Under the pieces are notes generated by a model. The model did not search any database, was not told where the DNA came from, and worked only from the letters and a program-made list of their open reading frames with translations. Shown piece by piece: positions 54,246-64,000 of a DNA stretch of 64,000 nucleotides. This DNA comes from Octopus vulgaris (taxonomy: Eukaryota), in assembly GCA_951406725.2 (NCBI GenBank), contig OX597827.1:45074001-45138000 (forward strand), written 5' to 3'. Numbering within the stretch: the first letter of the stretch is position 1; each line of letters opens with the position of its first letter. A program made the translations under genes and the position numbers.

Positions 54246-55296
54246 CACTAACTCCTCCCCACAGATGTAATATAGTCAACTTGAAATCCAGAAATTTTCA
54301 GTATGGAAGACACTTGGCGCTCAAATGATTTAGACTTAGACTCCGATGTCTTTACAAGAGATCAATTCCGCGGAGAAAAGAATGGCGATAAGAGGGATCA
54401 AGGTGAACAGGTACGGAAGTAGTTATACATTTCAGTCATTTGACTGCGTCCATGCTGGGGCACCGCATTTAGTCGAACAAGTCGACCCCAGGACTTATTC
54501 TTCGTAAGTCTAGTACTTGTGCTATCGGTATCTTTTGCCGAACCGCCAATTGACGGGGACGTAAATTCACCAGCATCGGTTGTCATGCGATGGTGGCGGG
54601 GACAAACACAGACACAAAACACACACACACACACATAAACATATATTCATATATACAACGGGCTTCTCTCAGTTTCCGTCTACCAAATCTATTCACATAC
54701 AGCACCGCCAGTGAAAAATGATTTTGGGGCTCGTCCAGGATACACACGCACGCGTGCGCGCACACACACACATGTATATGTATGTAAGTATATGTATATG
54801 TATATATGTATATATGTGTGTATATATATATATATGTATATGTATTTACATGCACTCACGCCCACACACATTTTAGAACATACATATCTGCTTTGTATGA
54901 TAAAATTCCTTTAATATAGACATTGTTGTCGCAGATTTAATTAATTTTTAATTACTTTCACTAAAAAAAATGCTTCGTCTTTAGATGAGTTGAGAATTGT
55001 ATTGTGCAACACATGTGCATCACACACACACACACATACGGCCGTGCACATGCACAGGCAAGCTCGTACACGCACATACATATAACCTCTCTTATCCAAA
55101 TAATTTATTTTACATATTTTTATCTGTGAAGGTTTCTACTCAATTTTTCCTCTAAAATTACTGACGTCATTGATAACAAACACGATGACATTGCCTATCA
55201 TTATCTCTCTTCTCACCCTCTGTTAAATATGTATGTTTGAATGTATGTATGTGTGTATGCATGTATGTATGTATGTATGTGTGTATGTATGTATGT

Positions 55297-55848
55297 CAGG
55301 TCACTTTCGAGTGCTACTGGGAACATGTATCCCAGCACAACCTGTTGCATGGGCGGCTCGTCAGCGACTGAACCTGCAACCCCACCAAGCTTGCTTAGTA
55401 AGGTGGGTGTTTATTGGACACCCTGCGGGATGAAAAACAAAACCCGTCAAAGGGCGGAGGAACTCTTGAGAGTCAGCGGCCATCCAATAAATGTCTTAAG
55501 GATGTATCATGCGCGGGGACATAGAAATAATCGGACTGAATACCCGATCGCGCGGTTAAGCCGTTGGGAGTGAAGGACTCCTAGCCTTTGTTAGGGCATC
55601 CTTCTAGGAGAAGGTAACTTAGGTAACTGGGATAACTCCGAAATAAAACCTGTGGCTCTGTGGTTACCGATGATGTTGACTTGTTCTTCTTTTCGGATTA
55701 TGGCTGCTGTTGCTTAGTGAGTGGGATTGACTCAGTGCACAGCCTTTCCTCACTTTAAAAAAATCTTCTTGCATAGGCATTGCACGATAACAACATTGAT
55801 TAAGCTTCGTGCAATGGCCATACGCGATAACGAGGGTGGCAGCCACCA
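55297..55848 (+). mobile_element. Non-coding RTE-like (UTR-derived) insertion in (TATG)n
   Basis: gggcatccttctaggagaaggtaact...aaacc resembles the RTE 5'-UTR motif; TATG repeats on both sides; a comparable insert sits in (TACA)n at 24877-25165. Confidence 0.45.
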
Positions 55849-56020
55849 TGTATGTATGTATGTATGTATGTATGTATGTATGTATGTATGTATGTATGTA
55901 TGTATGTATGTATGAATGAATGCATGTATAACAATCTATTCCAAATCGTTGTTAGAGTGTCTGCATAAGTAGACCGGTTTGTCTATACTGGCATCCAGTC
56001 GCATTAGTTATAATAAATGC

Positions 56021-56081
56021 TTTAACTGAAGAAGGTTTACGTAATGGATGCATTACGCAAACCTGAAACGTGCGTATTAAA
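56021..56081 (+). ncRNA. Type-I hammerhead ribozyme, canonical core
   Basis: tttaa-CTGAAGA-aggttt a cgtaatg gatg cattacg c aaacct-GAAA-CGTGCG-TA-ttaaa; 5-bp stem I, 13-bp stem II, GUA site at 56074-76. Confidence 0.88.
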
Positions 56082-57191
56082 TTATCTCAAAATATCATTG
56101 TGTGGTTTGACTGCATTAAAATGTTTGAATGAGTGAATGAAAGGTATTACATATGTCGCATGTATTACATGTGGTATTGTATAAGCAACGTTCGTTTATA
56201 GAAACGTTTGTAACATCGATATTTGACTTCTCTTTTCCGCATTTAAATTATATATATATATATACATACATACTTATGTATGTGTATGTGTGCGTGTGTA
56301 TGTATATATGTATGTATATATGTATATGTATGTGTGTATGTCTGTGTGTGTGTTCGTGTGTGTGTGTGAGTTTGTGTGTGTGTGTGTATTCACTGATAGC
56401 AACGAACGAGAAAAGCACTGTGTAGGAAATGTGAGTGCTATAGGTTATTCGGGATGATATTTGTGGCTAGATATGCAAGAGTTTTCACTACATGTTAATA
56501 GTTCCCAGACACGGAAAGATTATTTATACGAGCAGACACACCGCCTTCCGTACGATGTTTCTGCTAGTCGCTAAGTAATATTCACACGTATCATTCCCAA
56601 TTCGCGTAATTTTCTATGTTACATCGAATTTCTCTTTGTGTCCTTTATTCAGCTAATAGTGCTCACTCGCTCAATAAATAAATTTCGAATAACAGCGTGA
56701 CAGTGTTAGAATTTATGAAGAAATCATATCTGTTGGTTTAACTTAACCGTGTAAAAGTCCATTTTTACCTTTTTAAATTCAACTCACTGAGGTGAGTCAT
56801 GCATTCAACCTTAACCTATTTACTTATAGCATTGTATGCATGTATTTGTTCTTCAAGCAGAACAAGAAAAAAAATTGAAATTAAAGGTTGAAAATTCGGA
56901 AGACCAACATGTGTTTGTATCTCCCCATGTCTATACAAGAAATATTGTTGTTCAGGAACATTCGTAGTGAATGTGAATAATAAATGCTTATTGTGCATAT
57001 TTATAGCTTCTGCTTGGAATGAGTCAAATACGTTGTAAATATGCAGCGCTTGCATGAAGTAAACCTGCTTGAAAACCTTTAAAAAATACACCAAGCTTAG
57101 AGTGTCGTCAGGTTCTAAAGTTAGTGGGAGCGAGCACATACAAAGAGAGAATCCATGATAAATACAAACAATTTTCAACTCATTTCTTCTA

Positions 57192-57755
57192 TTGGGTTGT
57201 CAGGAAATTCGTGCCGATTTTTAAAGGAAAGATAAAAGTCGATAAATACTTGCCATTACATTTTTAATCAACGAAATATGAACCATTTTGTTGCACAATG
57301 CGTCTCCAGCTTTCCTTTAACTTGAAAATACCCTCTTCCCAGAATTGAGGTGCTTTCATGGCAAAGAATTCATCAAGGTATCTTTTCACGTCATCCAAGG
57401 AATTGAAATTTTTACCATTAAGACTATTCTGCAGAGACCTGAATAAGTGGAAATCCGAAGGAGCAATATCTGGTGAATATGGAGAGTGGGGTAACACATC
57501 CCAGACGAGCTGCAGCAATTTTTGTCTGGTTCCCAAATCATCAAGTGCCGAAAAAGAACTTTCTTATCTTCGATTTTAAAGGGTTACAGAATTAACATAG
57601 ATTATAGGAACATAAACCTTCTTCCACGACAAGATACTTAAACTGTGCTCTAAATGGAGGTGTAGTCAAATCCTATTTTATGAACTCAGCCATGTTCTAA
57701 AATAAGTCGAAAGTTAAGCTGTTATAAATCGGCACGAACTTTCCGGACAACCCAA
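57192..57755 (-). mobile_element. Mariner transposon, internally deleted
   Basis: TIRs ttgggttgtcaggaaattcgtgccgattt / aaatcggcacgaactttccggacaacccaa with TA on both sides; WDVLPHSPYSPDIAPSDFHLF; the first ~15 codons are fused to the C-terminus at ~57535. Confidence 0.93.
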
Positions 57756-58291
57756 TATGTTACTCGAATTAATTCGTTTGTTATAATATACGTAAATGTA
57801 TTCTACATTCATTAATTTCTCGTTTCACTAACAATGTCATTATGAATGAAACTTAACTACTGATATAGGTGTGATGTGAAAAAGATGAAACTCCACGGGA
57901 TCGCCCTGTGTCGGAGATTTATGACGTCAGGGTTTGTTTTGGTTCTTCAGATGTTTGCAGTTACCAACACGTCACAGGATATTGAGCAGACAGTTCAAAA
58001 ACACGGGTGGTTAGTCATATAAACTAATGACTCCAGAGAGTTTTTCCAAGGCCATGCGATTAGCAAAAAGAAAAAAGAAAAAAGAGAGAGAAAGGAAAAT
58101 AGAAATTTGATTTTTATCGCTCAAGTTAACTAAAGAGTTTAAGAAAAATTGTTGTAAAGGTGCCAATTTTGAAAAGTGTGCACGTGAGGAGCTGTGACTC
58201 CCTTGCTCCCCTATTAGCTACTCCAATGACTAGGGTGTGCGGCGCACTAATGTTCTTGATCTTCCCACCATTGATCTAGTAGAACATTTGA

Positions 58292-58453
58292 GGCGCAGGA
58301 GTGGCTGTGTGGTAAGTTGCTTGCTTACCAACCACATAGTTCCGGGTTCAGTCCCACTGCGTGGCGCCTTGGGCAAGTGTCTTCTACTATATCCTCGGGA
58401 AGAACAAATCCCTGGGAGTGGATTTGGTAGACGGAAACTGAAAGAGGCCCGTC

Positions 58454-58538
<85 letters not shown>

Positions 58539-58740
58539 TTTGTGTATCTGTGTTGCCCCCCCCCATCGCTTGACAACGATGCTGGTGTGTTTATGTCCCC
58601 GTAATTTAGCGGTTCGGCAAAAACAGACTGATAGAATAAGTACTAGGCTTACAAAGAATAAGTCCTTGTGTCGATTTGCTCAACTAAAGGCGGTGCTCCA
58701 GCATGACCGCAGTCAAATGACTGAAACAAGTAAAAGAGTG
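58292..58740 (+). mobile_element. SINE S1, full-length copy
   Basis: ggcgcaggagtggctgtgtggtaag ... gaaacaagtaaaagagt. Confidence 0.9.
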
Positions 58741-59233
58741 ACAGCCAGAAGGAGAGAGAGAGAGGATGCATCAGTACTCACTGTTTTTCAGCTGAGTAGC
58801 AATGAGAAGGACACAACTCACGGACCAGCCGAGGAATTGAACCCATGCCCTTACGATCATGAGACCAATACCCTTACCACCAGGCCATACACCTTCGAAT
58901 TACATGCGCACAGAGATGGGAAATGATTATAGTTTTAGTCCCGTTTATCTTATGAACTACGATAACAGGAATAGCAATCTGGACTCCCTGTTATGGATGG
59001 AGTAGCTTGCATCATAAACCCGCTTTAATGAGGTGGCGACCTGGGGGCTGAAACAACAACCGCGTCATGATTTTTTCCGCTACCCCCTTCCACCATCCAT
59101 ACCACCACCACCATCACCAGCAGCCACACCAGCAGCAGCACCATCACCAGCATCAGCAGCATCACCACCATTATCCACACCACCACAATAAACATTATCC
59201 CATTACTACTACTACTACTACTACTACTACTAT

Positions 59234-59290
<57 letters not shown>

Positions 59291-59306
59291 CACCACCACC
59301 ACCACC

Positions 59307-59384
<78 letters not shown>

Positions 59385-60898
59385 GTTGCCGCCGCCGCTG
59401 CTGCTGCTTTTGGTGCTGCTGCTACTATCACTACCATCGTCGTCACTACCATCATCGTCTCCATCTTCAACACCCTCCCCACCACCACCACCACCACCAC
59501 CACCACCACTACCGCCATCACCATCACCACCACTATCACCAATGATTTACCATCCTCATCAGCGTCGCAAACACTACCGCCACTACCTCCAGCACCAACA
59601 CCCCCCAACACCATCACCATCACCATCACCATCACCATCGCCACCACCATCGCCACCATCATCACCACCGCCATCATTAGCACCAACACCATCACCACAA
59701 GCATCCCTCGCCACCATATTTCTAATAAAGCACCCTGTGCTATTTATAAATCTTGTCATTCGGTGTAAAAGTGTTTCTACGTAGAGTGAGTGTTTGCATG
59801 TGTGTATGTTTGTATAAGTGCTTGCGTGCGCGCGCGTATATGTGTGTGTGTGTATGTGTGTGTATGTGTGTGTGTGCGTGTATGTTTGCGCGAGTGAGTT
59901 ACTATTCATGCTTTGACTTAAGTCGCTCTGATCTAGTAGACTTTCCGGTCAAGACATTCCATACATGACCGTCCTGCGAGAAACCGTTTCTAGGGGGTAT
60001 GTAGAAATGCATTATGTAATGGATCCGTCTCCGACCATATTGATGCTGTCAGGGTGAGATGTGTGGTAAATTTAGTTCCTGTTCCTGTTCCTAACAGGTC
60101 AAATGACCCTGCAAGTCCTCCCTCGCCCGCTCTTTGGCGGCTTGTAAGACCCAAATAGCTGGTTGATAGCATCGGAAGAGACGTGTGGAGGTAAGGGTTA
60201 GTCGTCTGTACATACCATTGCCATTGTAATAAATATGAGGCGATGGGAGCGGGATGTCGTGGTCCTGTGGTTAAGGGATTCGCTTCTTTGCGTTGTGTCC
60301 CTCGGTTCGAATTGAGCAAATGTTTTCGACTGTGGTTTCGTGTTAACCAATATTTTCTAAGTGGAATTTGGTAAATGTAAACTGTGTGCAAGTACCACCC
60401 AATATAATATAATATAAAATAAAATAAAATAAAATAAAATAAAATAAATATAATATAATATAATATAATATAATATAATATAATATAATATAATATAATA
60501 TAATATAATATAATATAATATAATATAATATAATATAGGCACAGACGTGGCTGTGTGGTAAGAAGCTCGCTTCTCAACCACATGGTTCCAGGTTCAGTCT
60601 CACTGCGTGGCACTTTGTGTCTTCTAAAAACCAAAGCTTTGTGAGTAGATTTGGTACACAGAAATTGAAAGAAGCCCGTCACACACACACACAAACACAT
60701 ATAATATATAAGTATATATGTGTTGTGTCTTTGTGTTTGTACCCCCCATCACCGCTTGACAACCGGTGTTGGGGTGTTTATGAGAATAAGAAAATAAATG
60801 TGAAACAAGGTGGAAAAAGAATAGTACTCGAATACCGGAGGTAGAGTAATATACTTTATTAATAAAGCATATATATATATATATATATACTTTTATAC

Positions 60899-60947
<49 letters not shown>

Positions 60948-60952
60948 CATAT

Positions 60953-61412
60953 GAGGGGTACTGAAAAGTTCCTGACTTTAGCTAAAAGAAAATACAGGAA
61001 GATCAGTTAATGATTTTATTCAACATATTCCCTACTCACCTTCATTCTTTATTGCCCACAAGGGGCTAAACATAGAGGGGACAAGCAAGGACAGACAAAG
61101 GGATTAAGTCGATTACATCGACCCCAGTGCGTAACTGATACTTAATTTATCGACCCCGAAAGGATGAAAGGCAAAATCGACCTCAGCGGAATTCGAACTC
61201 AGAACGTAACGGCAGACGAAATACCGCTAAGCATTTCGCCCGGCGTGCTTAACGATTCTGCCAGCTCGCCGCCTTATTACATATTCTCTACTCACATTCA
61301 CACACTTCTTGCGGCGGTCCTTCAATTTGTCTAAGCCCTGTACAAGAATTCGGAAGTCTGGGCCTCTAGCCAGGCCTTTTCCGACACCCTGAATGCCAGG
61401 AACTTTTCAGCA
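60953..61412. mobile_element. Mariner-type MITE with a nested S2 SINE (~61040-61278)
   Basis: TIRs ctgaaaagttcctg / caggaacttttcag; SINE flanked by catattc(c/t)ctactcac. Confidence 0.8.
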
Positions 61413-61421
61413 TGTATGTGT

Positions 61422-61483
<62 letters not shown>

Positions 61484-61714
61484 ATGTGTGTGTTTGTGTG
61501 TGCGTATACTTATTTCCTTGTTTCACGCATTTGACTGTGGCCATGCTGGGGGACCACTTTGAATTTTTAGTCGAATGAATCGACCCCCAGTACTTACTTT
61601 TAAAGCCTGGTACTTATTCTATCAGTTTCTTTTACCGAACCGCTAGGTTACGCGGATGCAAACATACCAACATCAGTTGTCAAGCAGTGGTGGAGGACAA
61701 ACACAGAGGGAACG

Positions 61715-61793
<79 letters not shown>

Positions 61794-62074
61794 TATGTGT
61801 AATGGGCTTCTTTCTGTTTCCATCTGCCAAATCCACTCACAAGGCTTTGGTCGGCTTTTGGCTATAGAAGACACTTGCCCAAGGTACCACGCAATGGGAC
61901 TGAACCTGGATCCATGTCGTTGGGAAGCAAGCTACTTATCACACAGACACACCTGTATGTGTTTGCGTATGTATGCTGGATGGGTCATTTGGCCAGTGTA
62001 AGCATACTAACTGGTTTGAATTCACTTCCCAAGATACAAATTTCAGCGTACAATTTTACGTCAAGAATCACAAA

Positions 62075-62166
<92 letters not shown>

Positions 62167-62174
62167 CTCCATCC

Positions 62175-62254
<80 letters not shown>

Positions 62255-63097
62255 GTCTATCTATCTGTCTATCAGTCTGTCTGTCCGTCTGCCTGCGAAC
62301 GCGCGCGAGTATGTATGTATGTATGTATGTATGTATGTATGTATGTATGTATGTATGTATGTATGTGTGTATGCATGTATGTAAATGCGTTTATAGCTTT
62401 TCTTGTCGTGCATCAGTGAGGGTGTAAACATTGCCGAAAAACCAGTGCTCTTTGAACGAAATCCCTTTTCATCATCTGTACAGGTACTCCCATAGTGTAG
62501 ACCAGTAACTTACCCGTTTGAAACCTGTAGCTAACGACGCCATTCTTCAATATTGCAATATAGAATAATTAATGACTATATAAATAAAAATTGAGCCTTT
62601 TGTTGTTAATCTTGAAATAAGTTCTCATCCAACAGACCCGTGACCAAAGGCGTTCCTAACATGACTATTCCATTTCTTTCTCTGGTATTGGGTACCTAGG
62701 ACTACATAGCCAAAACGTGCGCCTCTTGTTTCGACACCGTAGGATAATAAATTCGAGGGTAATTAGACTACTGCTGTTGTTTCTAGCAAGTCGAGTCATA
62801 CCGTCTCAGTGTGAATACGTACTTCTTTTTCTTCCTTTATTGAAGCGAGTAGGGTGTGATTTTGAGGTAGATTTGGCTGCCATTTCTAGCATGTGGAGCG
62901 ATCGCATAGAGGCGATTTTCTCTTGACGGGAGGTGGTTCACACTTAGCGCTTACGGCAAAACGATACCTTCGTCAATTGCATTTCACATACTACAGCACC
63001 ACCACCAACAACAACAACTACTACTACTACTACTACCATACCCCCTCGAACATCCCGTCCACCACCACTGCTATTAACATCCCTATCACCACTCCCT

Positions 63098-63153
<56 letters not shown>

Positions 63154-63713
63154 GCTACTACCACAGCGGTTGCTATTTTGCAAAGAATATAAACAAGACG
63201 GGTAGAGTAGGGTAGGTAGGGCCGCAGTGGCGTGATGAAGAAGGAAAGAACGAAAGAAAGAAAGAAAGGATGGAAGGAAGAAGGAAAGGTCGAAATTGAA
63301 CCGAACAGAGAGTCGATCCGGGTAGCAGACCCTTGTTTCTGAGAGGCTACCGGAGTCGTAATATTTACATACAGAAAGAAGGCAGAGTTAAGAGCTCTTA
63401 GGTTTTTGTTTTTGTTTTTGTTGTTTGTATTGGATTAATGAAAATACCGGGTAAGACAGTCTAAGGAGGATAGCAGCGAACGGCAGCGGGTAGCGTCGGA
63501 CCATTTTCGTATGGGACAGTAACCGAAAAAACAACAACAACAACAACAACAACAACACCAGCAAACCCACCGCATACATACGTTAGAAAATTTTTATACG
63601 GGATCATTCGAACGGTGGAGTTTCTTCAGTCGCGCGGACACACGGAAACCCTCAGCGGCCAAACAGCATTCACAAAGCCTGCTGCTGCCGGGGAAGGACA
63701 TATTTAAATAGGA

Positions 63714-63870
63714 ATGCCGAGGATCAAATACCAGCGGTTGGGACCGTCCCTGGACAACACTCATGCCGGACATGTAACCGCAAGGCTTCAGGATATATTA
63801 CTTCTAATACTTCTACTGTTGGTCACTTTCTCCGGCCACTCAGTGTCCGCCGAATATGATGATACGAATG
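63714..63870 (+). CDS. Probable first coding exon of a secreted or membrane protein (signal peptide); gene continues beyond the window
   Basis: ggaATG; MPRIKYQRLGPSLDNTHAGHVTARLQDILLLILLLLVTFSGHSVSA-EYDDTN, then phase-1 donor G|GTTTGT; unique GC/CpG-richer upstream region 63190-63713; too short for the ORF track. Confidence 0.65.
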
Positions 63871-63909
63871 GTTTGTACTGTTTTTCTCTAGAAATTCTTT
63901 TATATTGCA

Positions 63910-63962
<53 letters not shown>

Positions 63963-64000
63963 ATGTGCTTGTGTAAATGTATACTCTTTTTACTTGTTTC

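Noticed and set aside
53662-54279. His/Thr/Pro-rich ORFs suggesting a metal-binding or mucin-like protein
   Set aside because: Most frames are open because of stop-free trinucleotide repeats; no unique coding flanks.

Overview
Eukaryotic, AT-rich, microsatellite-saturated DNA. The SINE families and simple repeats look like those of an octopus or other cephalopod genome (inference, not a database result). Almost all ORFs in the supplied track are translations of microsatellites or SINEs. Supported content: a decayed Penelope-like (PLE) RT element at the left edge; Tc1, maT-like and mariner relics; Helitron pieces; R4/Dong-type and RTE LINE fragments; dozens of copies of three tRNA-derived SINE families; one tRNA-Thr(AGT) gene; a probable solo LTR; a ~2.3 kb palindrome; and a likely signal-peptide first exon at the right edge. 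The main observation is about 20 minimal type-I hammerhead ribozyme (HHR) motifs in several unrelated 150-400 bp non-coding repeats, mostly lodged in (TA)n or (TAA)n tracts and often paired as inverted copies. Across families the catalytic-core 3:8 tertiary pair covaries (C-G, G-C, U-A), and U4C and A6U variants also occur. One family sits at the 3' end of the PLE. This suggests a diverse PLE-mobilised, retrozyme-like ribozyme population. All motifs were read by eye and activity is untested. Coordinates of degenerate elements are approximate.
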